A stretch of 64,000 nt of DNA from Eledone cirrhosa (GCA_964016885.1 OZ024746.1:93496001-93560000); one strand, 5' to 3'; positions 1 to 12,836 are shown, counted from the first letter of the stretch. Made by a program: numbers and translations. The notes: a model not told the origin generated them from the letters alone.

Positions 1-200
1 ACTCTCTGGTCTCTGAGCTATACACTCTGTCGAGTAATGTTACTCCAAAGACCCTTCGGAGGAACCCCATTTTGGCTGCTTGTATTCACGATCGTATTCG
101 TTCAGTCATTATCCAAGATCCTTGACCATTGGTAAGAGTTGTCACAAATACCAAGTTGAAGATAGCAAGTTTGGCTTTTACGCTTACCTCCCTTCTTCTT
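1..200 (-). pseudogene. RTE-clade (Expander/Rex3-like) LINE fragment, region C-terminal to RT
   Basis: Minus strand reads VKAKLAIFNLVFVTTLTNGQGSWIMTERIRS*IQAAKMGFLRRVFGVTLLDRV, matching the RTE pattern K..IY..I..P.LTYG.E.W......RIQAAEM.FLRR; internal stop. Confidence 0.8.
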
Positions 201-380
201 CTGGTGTATAAACCATTAATGAGAAATATGCTACTGCGACACGAACAAACTATAAATACATATAGATGGCACATTGTTGTATTAGTGCGTCTGTACTGTT
301 GTTGCATGTTATGTATAGACGTGTGTGTAGTTGAGTTTATTGTCAATGTAGGTAATTGTCTTTATGACGATAGAATAGAT

Positions 381-539
381 AATTGTTTCTACTTTTGGCA
401 CAAGGCCAGCAATTATCTTAGTACATTACTGGTACTTTATTTTATCGACCCCGAAAGGCGGGATTTCAACTCAGATTATAAAGGGCCGTAACTCTATGCT
501 ACAAAGCATAGCGTCTGACCCTCTACCGATACTGCCAAT
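381..539 (-). mobile_element. tRNA-derived SINE family A (resembles octopus OK/OR-type SINEs), internally deleted copy
   Basis: Near-identical to copies at 1461, 27521, 43288, 56088; A-box TGGCAGTATCGG and a B-box-like motif on minus strand. Confidence 0.8.
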
Positions 540-634
540 AATGTCAGAGAAGAGCAAAAGAGAGACCTGCACTCACACACACACACGCACATATACATCA
601 TCATCGTATAACGTCCATTTTCCATGGTAGTAGC

Positions 635-679
<45 letters not shown>

Positions 680-707
680 CATGCGAGTCTCTCTTTATAT
701 ATGTGTG

Positions 708-740
<33 letters not shown>

Positions 741-782
741 CTCTATATATATATATACATATATATACATATATATACACAC

Positions 783-849
<67 letters not shown>

Positions 850-1460
850 CATATATATATAAGTACAGCGAACTTTTAAAAGTTTATTTTAAAACTTTTT
901 CTCTATTTGCTAAACCTTGATTTTATACATACATACATACATACATACATACATACATACATACATACATACATACATACATACATACATACATACATAC
1001 ATACATCCCTCTACACACACTTATATGGAAAACATCGGTTGCTGATGCACAGTTTACATAGTGCACCACCACCACCACCACCACCACCACCACATAAACA
1101 CATACGGTACCTCACATATACATCGAGGTGGCAGAAAAGGGGAGATACAGACTTATCCCAAATCATTTGCTCTATTTATTTATTCTTCCAGTTGTTGTTG
1201 TTGTTGGCCTTTCAGTTAGAGCTATCAACTCCGAAAATATTTGGATTTTTGACACGAGTCTGTGTATGTGTGTGTGTATGGTGGATATCACTCCGTGTTT
1301 GTTCGGTCCTGATCTCTTACTTTTAACTTCCTTCCTCTTGCAAACTCTGCCATCAATCGCAACAAATTCAAACATTCGGAACCCCCCCCCCCCCCCAAAA
1401 AAAAAAAACAAGGGGAGGTAATTAAGAAGAACAAAAAAAGGTGACAATAGACAGAAAATA

Positions 1461-1653
1461 ATAATTGTTTCTATTTTAGGCACAAGGCCAGCAATTATCC
1501 AGTACATTACTGGTACTTTATTTTATCGACCCCGTAAGGATGAAAGGCAAAGTTAACCTCGGCGGGATTTGAACTCAGATCATAAAGGGACGTAACTCTA
1601 TGCTTCAAAGCATGGTGTCCGACTCTCTACCGATACTGCCAATCCACCGCCCT
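1461..1653 (-). mobile_element. tRNA-derived SINE family A, full length with TSD
   Basis: Pol III A/B boxes, GCCTTTCATCCTTACGGGGTCGATAAA body; CAGAAAATAATAAT duplicated at 1452-1465 and 1657-1670. Confidence 0.85.
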
Positions 1654-2183
1654 AGTCAGAAAATAATAATGAAACATTGAAGCAAGTGTTTTTTGTTTTT
1701 TGTTTTTTGTCGTTTTGCTTTTTCTATTCAGAGTTTGTTTCTGTTATTGAGAAAATTGGACCTCCTATGTTATTTACACTTCTTAAAATGCGTTGCAATT
1801 TATTTTGAATCTCCAAAGTGGGTGTCTGCCTATACATACAGTATATAAATATACACATACAGATAGAAATACTCGATGTGGTTACCAAACGCGCGGTTAA
1901 CCCACCGGTAGTGAGAATCCCATAGTTCTTGTTAGGACATCATTATAAGAGAAGGATAAAAAAGTCGGACATATAACCTGCGACTCGATAGCGGACCATG
2001 ATGTCGACGTGTTCTTTTTGGATGGCTGTCACCGTTGTTAAGAGAGTGGGTTTGGTCCAGTGCAAGGCCTTTCTTCTCTTTAAAAGGCTTCAAGCACGGG
2101 TATCATTTGATCAAAACGACTTTCACGTGTTTTGCGTGAGCATGGCGTTTTTGTTTTTCTTTCGCTGCAGCATATGCAAATTA

Positions 2184-2548
2184 GGTATTAGGATTGGTCC
2201 AAATATACTATACATACATTCATGTATACAGCGCTATTTCAGAGCACCAATCCTAATTCTTAATTTTTGCTGGACCGGCACTCGCTCTGTATAATCAGCT
2301 CCTGATTATTACTGGAATTCTATAAGAATGCAGCTTCTATAATTTTCAGCGAAAGCAGGGAGTGCCTGGCTCTGATGATCGCCAACAGCGTGAAACAGGC
2401 TGTTAGCTTCTCTCCCTTCTCTCACTACTTTAAAACCGATAGCATATGGTCTTCAAAATGTTTTTAATTAAACATACGGTATATTGCCAAATCTACTATA
2501 CATACATTAATGTATACATCGCTATTTCAGAGCACCAATCCTAATACC
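2184..2548 (+). mobile_element. Non-autonomous Penelope-like (pLTR/retrozyme-like) element
   Basis: ~58-bp direct repeat with 288-bp period (2199 and 2487), 15-bp inverted tail copy (2184-2198 vs 2534-2548), internal hammerhead, ends in (TA)n. Confidence 0.65.
2368..2408 (+). ncRNA. Minimal type I hammerhead ribozyme
   Basis: GGCT-CTGATGA-tCGC caaca GCGt-GAAA-CAGGCTG-TT-AGCT: stem I GGCT/AGCT, intact core, palindromic stem III ACAGGCTGT. Confidence 0.75.
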
Positions 2549-2564
2549 ATATATATATATATAT

Positions 2565-2697
<133 letters not shown>

Positions 2698-2713
2698 CAT
2701 ATATATATATAAA

Positions 2714-2958
2714 TGAGAAATTAGTTAGAAGGATTTAACATAATTGTTAGATGAAATAACAAGTATAATAAGAATAAATGATTTGGTTTATATAGAGTTT
2801 ACTTCACGTGAATCAATTAAAAAGTACAATAATACAGTTACCAAGAGTTGCGGAGATTGACAATGTTATTGTTGTTGATGTGAACACAGCGAGCGAACAG
2901 ATAATGTTGTTGTTGTTGGAATTTGGAGTCCGTGGTAGTAATTGTGAGACCGTAGTGA

Positions 2959-3007
<49 letters not shown>

Positions 3008-3449
3008 TTTGTATACCTCTGTTATGGTCTGTAGTAACTGTGAACTACTGTGGCCTGCAGACAGTGGTGAATCTTCCACATTTGTGTTCTGTAGTAGTAG
3101 GGCTCCAATCGCTCTGGGTGTATCTGTAGACCTCATGGGGGTCTGTTGATAGTGGTGAATCTTTCACATAGCTTGTTCTGTAGTGGGGTGCTCCGATGAC
3201 TCTATTTCTGTAGACCACTGGGGTCTGTTGATAGCAGTGAATCCTTACATAGTTAGTTGCTAGCGTAATGCTCCGATGTCTCTGGCTAAAGTAGGATGAT
3301 ACAGGTTCTATATATATAGCTGTCACTTCCTGTCTACCACCTTGAGGGGATAGCCAACGCATCAACCTGTTCACACCAAAAGGGTGATGACCCAGAATTT
3401 GACCTTTAGGTGTCACCGAAGCTTCAAGGCGCGGACAGATTTCGCTACA
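2714..3449 (-). mobile_element. Probable solo LTR inserted in microsatellite
   Basis: Minus strand starts TGTAGCG and ends TTTCTCA (TG...CA); TATA-like motif near 3310; internal ~85-bp tandem repeats 3040-3290; flanked by (TA)/(CA) tracts. Confidence 0.5.
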
Positions 3450-3476
3450 CATATATATATATATGTAAATATACAT

Positions 3477-3576
<100 letters not shown>

Positions 3577-3580
3577 ATGT

Positions 3581-3645
<65 letters not shown>

Positions 3646-3699
3646 AAGAAATGAAGCTTGCATGCTCCGATGGATGTAATAGTAATGTGCGCGAAAGGC

Positions 3700-4030
3700 G
3701 AAGCATAAACGAATTGGAAGACTAAGCATGAGAGATATCAAATGTTGTGTTCTGGAGATGTGATGCGTATGAAGGGTGACAGCTGTATAAAAAAGTGTAG
3801 GACAATGAAAATTGATGGAAGCTACGGAGAGGGTAGACCAAGAAAAACCTGGGACGAGGTGATAAAAAGTGACCTTGCTCACTTACACCTCTCTAAGACA
3901 ATGAAATTGGATTGAGATATTTGGCGCTATGTAGCTGTACAGAAAACCCGACTGCCATTGTATATAAACCTACAGTCAGTAGGCACCTCTTAACCTAAAG
4001 TACACCCCACCCAACCTACCCCGTCCTCCC
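3700..4030 (+). pseudogene. RTE LINE 3' fragment (family B) with start of 3' UTR
   Basis: Translates DSCIKKCRTMKIDGSYGEGRPRKTWDEVIKSDLAHLHLS; homologous to 49380-49690 on minus. Confidence 0.8.
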
Positions 4031-4059
4031 TTATATCTCCATAGTTAATTCATTTGGCC

Positions 4060-4360
4060 ATCAATGTTTATCACTGATTGACCAACGGTCAAAAATACAG
4101 ATATATATATATAGTCTAACAAAGTTCTTTCGTTGCACACCTGCAACACCATCAGTGGTACTATCATGTTCCCTCTTATTGTGTTGTGTTTACGCCATTT
4201 TTATTTTATTTATTTATTTTTGTCTCCGTCTCTGCGCATGCGTTTGAGTGTGTTCTGTTATTATTTCAGGCAATAATATTACAACAATATGACCCTCCCC
4301 AAATATAACAATATTTGTTTCGACACACGATTTCATATCAAAAACCTCGCAAAACAAATA
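4060..4360 (-). mobile_element. Penelope-like pLTR family copy with degenerate hammerhead (4117-4160, minus) and inverted tail segment
   Basis: Minus: CTGATGG-tGTTGCAggtgTGCAAC-GAAA-GAAC-TT; homologous to 15853-16345 and 44440-44732. Confidence 0.6.
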
Positions 4361-4432
4361 TATCTATATTTATATATATCTATATATATATATATATATC
4401 TATATATATATATATATCTATATATATACATA

Positions 4433-4520
4433 TGACAAGTGGAGAGATGCTGTGCTGAATAGGACCCGTCCAACCCTTGCAAGCAGGGAAGAGCGGACGT
4501 AAAACGATGATGATGATGAT
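4433..4520 (+). mobile_element. Extreme 3' end of RTE LINE family A with (GAT)n tail
   Basis: Matches 3' ends at 32705-32790 and 49742-49830. Confidence 0.8.
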
Positions 4521-4796
4521 GCATATATATATGCACGTAATTGTTACACTATTTAATTTGAACTTGCTTTGAATACACCCATTCTGATATGGAACATCCC
4601 CAGTCCAAAATCTTTGTGGTACAGACTTTCTTTTCAATACATAAATAATATTTCTATTGATAATTTCATTAAAAAGACATAAATCTCAGTTAAGGTTATA
4701 ATCTAAAGTGATGTTTACTTTGTCAGTGTTTCCCTACTTCTTACTTTCATGTTGCAAAGAGAAACTGTTTGTATAGTTATTAATGAATAAATGATA

Positions 4797-5140
4797 GTAA
4801 TTCTGGAGCCAACCACATTTTCCAGAGGTGATGGGAAGAGGCCTGATTTTATCTTTTAGGACATTACAGTTAACGATTTGTTGGCTTTTCCCCCCATCTT
4901 AGTGTTGCGGCAAAATTGAGGGTCTGTATATCTGCAGCCGAACAAAATGAACTTCTAAAATACAAGTAATTAACCTCAAACTACTTTTTTTCAGATATTT
5001 TGGGGAGTTGGACTACTGACAACTAGGTTCTTGTCATTGTTGGTGACTCATCTTACTGATGTATCAGATGATGCTCGCAAGAGTGTTTGGCTGTTCCAGT
5101 ATCTTAGTCTTGCTATCAACCACAAACATGCCGCAAATGA
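4797..5140 (+). pseudogene. CRE-clade non-LTR retrotransposon, restriction-like endonuclease relic
   Basis: VILEPTTFSRGDGKRPD...DITVNDLLA...SAAEQNELLKYK...DDARKSVWLFQYLSLAINHKHAA matches the CRE motifs LEP..L.R.DGKRPD and WLFQRLSLA.QRGNAA; stops and frameshifts. Confidence 0.7.
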
Positions 5141-5644
5141 CTTTTTCCTGGAAAATGGAGGAGATAAGTGGGGTCTGACCCCTCGGTGTTTTCCTTAACA
5201 TTAAGAAAAAATGTTCATGTGCTATCAATAAGTCTGACCTCCACACCATTCAGAAACGTCTAGCTTTGTAGAAAAAGGAGGGGAAAAGGGAGAAAAGCTC
5301 TAGAATTTCGTAGAATTACACCTCTCTTGCGTTTGGTGGGAATTTTTTATGTTTCTTTGCATGTTATTGACAAATCTGACCTCCAAACACTCTAAAATTA
5401 TTAGAAAGAAACTCCAGTGCCTCTGGTGTGTAATTGAGTGTCGTTTTACATTAAATATATATATATAGTGTTTATTTGTATACATTCTATTCAAATAAGG
5501 TTTTATACCTTAAGAAAAACTGCATCCTTATATTTGAAACCATGCTAAAGTTCATAAAATACATAGTCATTATATATCATATTCAATTCTCATTACATCT
5601 TGTGCATATACTGCAAGTATGCATGCCCTTGTGTGCTGTAAGCA

Positions 5645-5900
5645 GTGCTTTGAGCCAGTGTTTATCCCGGGTTCATGGCAGGAAGCGGCTGAGAGTACAA
5701 GACTCCACACTGGACAGGATGACAGTCGATTGCAGGGTTAAACTTATTGCTGGTACTCATTTTCAGTTGAGTATACTAGAGCAACGTGAAATGAAATATT
5801 TTGCACAAGAATACACAGGCAACCCAGCCCAGGAATTGAACCCATGACATTATGATCGTAAGTTCAATGCCTTTACCACTACACCAAGTGCCTTCTTGCA
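5645..5900 (-). mobile_element. Diverged CORE-type tRNA SINE (similar copy at 35020-35275)
   Basis: Core-like TTGCTCTAGTATACTCAACTGAAAAATGAGTACCAGC and tRNA-like head on minus. Confidence 0.6.
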
Positions 5901-6069
5901 CATACTATACATTCATACTATACATTCATGCTGGGATTCACAAACAAACAGTCCTTTCATCCTTTTTATATATTTATTTAATCAGTTTAATCGTCCGTGT
6001 AAAGCTGGTAAGCCATGACAGACTGAGAAATGTATCTGATAGTCCTTATATTTAGTTTGTAGTTGGTGA

Positions 6070-6540
6070 ATGCCAAGAGTCATTAGAACATCGGATTGAA
6101 TGCTTTGCAGTATTAGTTTCAACTCTCTGCTCTCTCAGTTCAAATCCTGCTGTAGTCAACTTTGCCTTTCATCGATTCAAGGTTCATAAAAACGTACCAG
6201 TCAAATACTTGAGTCAATTCTGCTTCTATGTCTCTTTCTCACTTTCTCTTTCATCCTATCAATCCTTCTCTGGAGAGGAGATGGGCTCTGCCAGGTTTTA
6301 AAATGCTCTGGAGACATCTTATGTCAATACGGCACCCCTATGACTCCATCAGAAGTTACGGGACCATACCATATTGTATTTAGTTTCTAATTTTGGCACA
6401 AGGCCGGCAATTATTTGTGGCGAAGAGAAAGTCTATTATATCGACCCCAGTACTTGGCAGATACAGTATTTCATCAACCCCTGGAAGGATGAAAGGCAAA
6501 GTTGACCTCGGCATAATTTGAACTCTCAACGTAAAGTCCC
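6070..6540. mobile_element. Two diverged SINE family A copies (6070-6220 plus, 6383-6540 minus)
   Basis: Both contain the CAACTTTGCCTTTCATC...ATAAAA..TACCAG body. Confidence 0.65.
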
Positions 6541-6789
6541 TTATAAATAAGAAAAAAAAATGAGAGTGAGAGAATTATAAGAAAAAAGGTGAGATAAAAA
6601 GGAACAAATACAGAGCAGTTGAATGTTTACTGTTGGTGAATTTTTGGTAAATTTATAAAAAAAACAAAAAACTCTAACTCAGATCCCTCTCGATTTCAGT
6701 GGGACATAATTATTTTTACCTGTTTTTTTTTTTGTTGTATTTTGCTGTATGTTTGGAGGTCAGATTAGTTGATAGCACATGAAAAAAAA

Positions 6790-7030
6790 TTCTCTATAGA
6801 AGAAGTGAACAATGTACTAAAGGTAATAAAACCAGACAAAGCTCCTGGGCTTGATGGTCTAACAATAGACCTATGGAAACTATCCAAAGCTCACATTTTT
6901 CTAAGAGATTTCTGCATTGAAACCTTTGAAGGTAACATACCTGAGGATGGGGAATATCAGGAATAATGCCACTACCCAAGAAAGGTAACTTCACCATCTG
7001 CACTGACTATAGAGGTCTTACGCTTTAGGT
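6790..7030 (+). pseudogene. LINE reverse transcriptase N-terminal fragment (RTE-like)
   Basis: EEVNNVLKVIKPDKAPGLDGLTIDLWK...IMPLPKKGNFTICTDYRGLTL (KAPG.DG and PKKG...NYR.I.L motifs) with a frameshift. Confidence 0.8.
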
Positions 7031-7400
7031 AGTCTCAAGCTGCAGATAATTAGATGTTGATTAGTTGACAGCTCAACCCCTCTCTTACATCAGGAAAAAT
7101 GTGAACAAACAAATATTGTAAGAAAATTTATATAATGGTACATGACTAACAATTATTCATTGTTTTTCAATTTTCCATGCTTGCATGGGTTAGATAGGTC
7201 TTTTCTGGTAGAGCATCCCCTCAACTTCCTGCAGTCTTTCATCATCTCTTCTATGAGCTTCAATAATTTAAGATCAGCTCTCACAATTTAATTATATATA
7301 TAATTATATAATAAAATTAAGATAAGCGGAGCAAGCAAGATTCAAACAATTTTTTTAAATAAATAAAAAAATATAATTTAAATATTCACCTATTCCTTTT

Positions 7401-7480
7401 GCTTTTACCGACGGTTTCACTTCACAAAAGATTGGAAATCCTAGGGACTTCCAATGGAAATGTTCAGATCTTCAGAAAGC
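7401..7480 (-). ncRNA. Type I hammerhead ribozyme with long stem II, inside a ~370-bp insert (7310-7677) between TA tracts
   Basis: Minus: GCTTT-CTGAAGA-[50 nt incl. ATTGGAAGTCC cta GGATTTCCAAT]-GAAA-CCGTCGG-TA-AAAGC; 5-bp stem I, palindromic stem III ACCGTCGGT. Confidence 0.75.
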
Positions 7481-7679
7481 ATTTTCCCTACCTAGGACAA
7501 AAGTCCCTGGAACGGCAAAATATATTGCCACCTGCCAGCTAGCACAGGATCGAATGAGGCCGTAAACTTGACCTGCGCCTGAACCAGCCCTTAGTAGAAG
7601 CGGAAGTAAACATAGACGTGTTGTCTATCACGCCACTAAAAATAGCAGCTAAATAAAACAACGGATTTGTTCTCTAATA

Positions 7680-7723
<44 letters not shown>

Positions 7724-8117
7724 GTGTTTGCTCTATCATAGCTGTATACATATAAGTATGTATATTTTGTATATCTAGTGATGTACGGTATGTTTATGAA
7801 TTAATATTTTGAAATTAATATTGTGAAAGCTCTCAGCTTTGAATTTGGAAACTGATGATGTAGCTCCATCTACTGGATTCCAGCAGAAGGAAAGGGTGGG
7901 TAACTGACGACGATGTCATTATTTTGACTCTGGTCATTATCAAGTCAGCGCACCCTTAGCCTGCTCTCTGGTGGACCTCAATATAGGCGAAAACATATAG
8001 TTTTGACATCTATGTACATGGGCTGATTAGCCTCATTTGCATATAGAGCTATCGGCTGGCTTGGCCAGAAAATACATATGTATGTATGCACAGAGAAATA
8101 CTCACATACACGTGTGT

Positions 8118-8181
<64 letters not shown>

Positions 8182-8464
8182 TCATCCCTATTCAATATCA
8201 ATCTTCCTTGCTGGCAAAGGTTGGATGTGTTGTCACAGACCTTATCAGTACTCAATCAAACCCATTGATCTTACATTCTACAGTGGACACTGTGCATCAT
8301 TTTATCATGGCACCAACACTAGGGAGGTTGTCATATCTCTGGCCCCCCGAGAAGAATTTTCTCTACCTCTAGTTTTTCAAGTTATAACTGGATGTCCTTC
8401 CAAGCAAAATGTACTGAGTAGAGTAAGTTTTATTGTAATCAACAAGAAATTCTTTTTATCACAT

Positions 8465-8815
8465 ATTTATTTATTTATTCATTTAATTTATACGTCCGTG
8501 TAGAGCTAGTAAGCCATGACAGATTAGGGGAAGTATCGAGTACTCCTTACAGTTGGTAATCAAAAAAAGCTAGTGAGACAAGTAATAAAAAAAAAATAAA
8601 AAAAAATAAAAAAATGTTTAAAAAAGAGAAAAAAAGGGGGAAAATTAAAATAACATAAATAAAATTTCAAATATTGAAGGCCAATGGGAGGCAGATTATG
8701 CCTAAGAAAACGTAAAAGAAAATTAGAAAACAAGGGAAGCTGTAAAACAGCTAAAAATTTCTCTTGTTGAATATTTTCGTAGCTTCCATGTACTCAAACA
8801 TTTTGTTTATATGTT
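8465..8815 (+). repeat. Unclassified dispersed repeat (copies at 5970-6070 plus and 24770-25070 minus)
   Basis: Shared GTCCGTGTAGAGCTAGTAAGCCATGACAGA..AGGGGAAGTATCGAGTACTCCTTACA.TTGGTAATC and collinear downstream sequence. Confidence 0.7.
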
Positions 8816-9286
8816 ATAAATAAATTAAAATGTGTTGGACACATGTGTTTTAGTCCTCGTGTGACAAAAGAGAGAACAAATCAATAACTACATGCATATT
8901 TTGTTGTAAATGCTTAGAGGTGGGGAAGGACTAAATCCTTATTTAAAAAAATTGTTTTTTTTCTTTCATTGTTTGTGGTTGTTATTAATATTGTTGCAGT
9001 CGGGTTTGTTATATTTTACACCCACACCAATGAGCAGCTGATAGATATGAGATTAATATAATCCCATTAAATATATAAAATTTGGCTGGACCTTTTTGTT
9101 TTTGTTTTTCTCTGTGTGTTTATATTAGTGTATAATTTGCATGTGTGTGTTTGTATTTGTACATTTGCATATTTGTAAATGTATATATGTGTTCATGTTT
9201 CTTTCAGTTAGTGTGGTTTATAAACCTTACCATCACCATTTAATGGCTATTTTTCCATGCTTGCATGGGTTATATATGTTTGTATA

Positions 9287-9386
9287 CAGGGTGTTCCCAA
9301 AAAATGTATTCACACTTTGATTACTTGTACAGGCAATATTTTTTAGAATGCTGTTGAAGTGAATATACATTTTTGGGGACATCCTG
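9287..9386. mobile_element. Tc1/mariner-type MITE
   Basis: TA-CAGGGTGTTCCCAAAAAATGTAT ... ATACATTTTTGGGGACATCCTG-TA. Confidence 0.75.
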
Positions 9387-9505
9387 TATATATATATATG
9401 TGTGGGGAGGGGAGAGCATTGGTACTAAGGAGAACATTTGGGTGTGGGAGATCCTGGTTATAGTGATACTGGGGTGTACAGTGATGGCGAGAATAGTTAT
9501 TAAAG

Positions 9506-9792
9506 CAGGCATGGGCAAACTTTTTCGAGAAGCGGGCCGCATGAGATATGGCTGATCATCAGGCGGGCAGCAAGCGCTAATTTACATTTGTGCCCACATT
9601 AAAAAAAGGGCGGTAACTCAGGTTGTTTTGATTTGTTTCTTCACAATTCGTACACGTTGTTTTCCTCGATCGTAAAAATGATAGAAAGATTATGACTGAA
9701 AAGTTGGGGTAAAAAAAATCAGAAAGATTTCACTTAGGTAACTTAGGTGAGCCATTCAGAAAGCTTCGCGGGCTGCAGGTTGCCCATGACTG
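9506..9792. mobile_element. hAT (Charlie-like) MITE
   Basis: TIRs CAGGCATGGGCAA / TTGCCCATGACTG; 8-bp flanks TATTAAAG / TACTACAG. Confidence 0.75.
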
Positions 9793-10149
9793 TACTACAG
9801 GGTGATAGTGGAGGGGGCATAAATGGGACAGTTCACATTTCCTAATGGAATACATGGATGGAAATATATACACAATTTAATAAATGAGTAGCTACATGAA
9901 TGAATGACTATAAAATAATTAGAAAAACACTAAAAATATTTAAAAAGGGAAAAGCAAGGGCTCTAGGACAATGGCCAGCAACACATGCTGCAGCAGCCAC
10001 CCCACCTCATGGGGCTCCATCCTCAAACAGGTTGCTGATGTTGTGCTCTTTCCTGTTTATCAAGTCTTTGCTAAGTTTTGTTTTAGGCCTTTTGAGTCTA
10101 GATTTTTCTTTCGGGCCTAGGATTTCACCTCTCACTTTCCCACAAATTC

Positions 10150-10550
10150 AGCTATAAGGACTAGATTTAGCAGTGGAGACTTCTTGTATCCTTGACCATA
10201 GGACCACCTCCCTCAGGACCACCATCAACACAGAGTTGGCTACTTGTAAGTGTGAGCCTTGTGAGCTGGTATGGCTTTTCCAACATGTCTCCCTCACCAT
10301 CCTCCATGAAAACACCTTCTCTATTCTGTCCACCAGGGCAGCGAAGTGGCCAACACATGAGCACCCATTTACTTATAATAGTGATGAGTGAAACAACTGG
10401 ATCATCAGCATATAGGAGTTCTGATGGAGGTGTCGGTTTTAAAATCCTCAGTTATGGTACCTCACACCGGAGACGACACCTCATACAGGAGATGAAAGAA
10501 ACTCGTGGAGAGATGCTGCACTGGAGAGGACTCATCTAACTCAAGTGGAC
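10150..10550 (-). pseudogene. Old RTE-like LINE C-terminal relic (related copy 28250-28440 plus)
   Basis: Shared TCACTATTATAAG...TGTTGGCCA...GTGGACAGAATA.AGAAGGTGTTT..TGGAGGATGGTGAGGGAGACAT; weak resemblance to the RTE TII...RW.GH region. Confidence 0.45.
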
Positions 10551-10929
10551 ATAGAAATGATAATGCTGATGATGTAGGATTGAATTTGACTTTGCTTTTT
10601 AATCTTCTAGAATTAATAAAATAATAATCTGTAATATGAAAAAACAAAACAATGAAAATCCTCCCACACTCGTCCAGATGCAGAAGTGATGGTGGCTGGC
10701 CTAATAATTAGGGTGTTGGACACACACATGATCATAAAGTTGTAGGTTCAATTCCTGCACTATGAAAATTGGTGTTTTGAGTAAAGTATAATGCATTGTC
10801 TCAGAATGGAAATATTATTCATAGATAAAGCTGGAGTTAACCTTATGTGGGTGACAGCTCACACCTATGCAGGTTTAGCTGGCCTCCTCCAAGGTATATC
10901 TTGTTGGAGGTATCTTGGGTAATTTAATG

Positions 10930-11096
10930 ATAGGGACCCTAGTCCTATCATCTCATTTCTACAGCTGAGTAAACTGGGGCAACGTGAAATAAAGTGTCTT
11001 ACTCAAGGAAACAACACATCACCCGGTCCGAGAATTGAACTCACAACCTTTCGATTGCAAGCCCAATGCTCTAACCACTAAGCCATGCGCCTTCAC
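10930..11096 (-). mobile_element. CORE-type tRNA SINE family B, 5' part
   Basis: Head GGCGCATGGCTTAGTGGTTAGAGC...GAGTTCAATTC followed by MIR-like core TTCCTTGAGTAAGACACTT...CAGTTTACTCAGCTGTAGAAATGAG. Confidence 0.85.
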
Positions 11097-11929
11097 TTAT
11101 GAGGCCCCATGACAAACTTTATACATATTATGGGGTCTTTTCTGATGCAGTGTTTTATAGCTGGATACCCTTCCTGGTACCAACCCTTTTAGTTACCTCT
11201 TACAGCACACAGGAATGTGGTGTATCTATTTTAAATCAACTACATGCAGTAAATATGTCTAACAAATTAGGTATCATCATCATCATTTAATATTCATTTT
11301 CCTTGTTAGCAAGGATTGGACTGGTCATCACAGATGAAGGCAATACTTAGCTGAAGCCACTGACCTCTCAGACAGGCTGAGGGTGGGATACATTTTGCTT
11401 ACTTATGTTATTGTACTCTAGAGAGTGTACTGGTTGCATTTCATCATTACACCACCACTTGGGAGGCTGTCATGTCTTTTACACAATTGAAAAGTCTTTT
11501 CGAACCTTTGTCATAAAACAATCCCCTTTTTATCAAACTGAGTCCATGGCTCAGCTTTGATCCCACATTCCAGTCATTTCACTTCACATATCTACTGCAT
11601 TTGATCCAGAAGTTGATCAAACTAATTATTTGATGATAGATTGAACCAATCATGAAAAGACTAGCAGAAAAATGATGACATTTAGTGTTTTATTAGTTTT
11701 ATCACCCTGGATTGAGATAAATATATAAGTACTATGAATAAGTCTACTTATAACATACTTAATAAAAAGTAAATTTATTGATTGCTTACTAGACAACTAG
11801 CTGAGAGCTGAGCCAACAAGGAAGGGTCTACATGCTTATAGAACTACAAGGACTATCCTGCTAGAAATAGCAGCTCATTCTGCCTTAAATCATACCCTTC
11901 TTCCTTTTCTTTTTCTTTGCCAATTTATT

Positions 11930-12335
11930 TTTGAGAGGGTCATGGCGGCAAGATCCTCAAATACTCCTTCCAGTGGGTCCTGTCAGCAGTAACCATCTCC
12001 AACTGATCCAGCTGGATCCCCAAGTGAAACTAGCCAAGCCCATGGATGCTATCCAACCATCTTGCTCGGGGTCTACCCCTAGGTCTGCTGCCAGTTGGTT
12101 TTGCCCATCAATCTGTCCAGTGATTCTTTCCTGAGACATTCTAACCACATGCCTGTAGTATTGGAGCTGTGATCTCTCTATTCAGAGAAGTAGTTGCTCT
12201 ACCTGGAGTAACTCTCTGATCTCCGAGCCTCACACTCTATCAAGAAATGTCACTGCAAAGAGGAACCCCATTTTGGAGGAACCCCATTTTGTCTGTTTGT
12301 ATTCGCAATCATATTCTTTTGATCATTACCCATTC
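11930..12335 (-). pseudogene. RTE (Expander-like) LINE 3' fragment, same family as 1-200
   Basis: HVVRMSQERITGQI..KPTGSRPRGRPRARWLD across frameshifts; nucleotide similarity to 1-115. Confidence 0.75.
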
Positions 12336-12479
12336 GTGCCAACCTATGGTCAATTGATACCCTACAGTTTTAAAAAGGCAAAGTACAGATTAGGTAATGT
12401 AATCTTCATTGTGATCATTCATCATTCTCACTCACTGCATGTTCACATGATACCAATTGTTCCTATCCTGTGCTGCGTT

Positions 12480-12836
12480 TCATCATCATCATCATCATCA
12501 TCACCGTTTTACGTCCGTTCTTCCACGCTAGCATGGGTTAGACGGGTTGTCCTGTTGTGGGCAGTGTCCGGTCGGCTGACCTTGTCTTGCTCATACAGGA
12601 ACTGATTCTGGCTTGATTTCTACAGCTGGATGCCCTTCCTAACACCAACCTCATTTACAGTGAGTGCTGGCTGCTTTTTTGCCGTGGCACCTCCACGACC
12701 ACTTTGCAGTGGAATGATAGGGACCCCAGTCCTATCATCTCATTTCTACAGCTGAGTAAACTGGAACAATGTTAAATAAAGTGTCTTGCTCAAGGAAACA
12801 ACACATCACCCGGTCCGAGAATTGAACTCACAACCT
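12480..12836 (-). mobile_element. CORE-type SINE family B with RTE-like tail and (GAT)n end
   Basis: Collinear with 43887-44212 and 58394-58718. Confidence 0.85.

Noticed and set aside
4745-4954. Possible minus-strand exon bounded by TTTTAG and GTAAG
   Set aside because: The plus strand clearly encodes a decayed CRE endonuclease, and the minus-strand peptide resembles nothing I recognise
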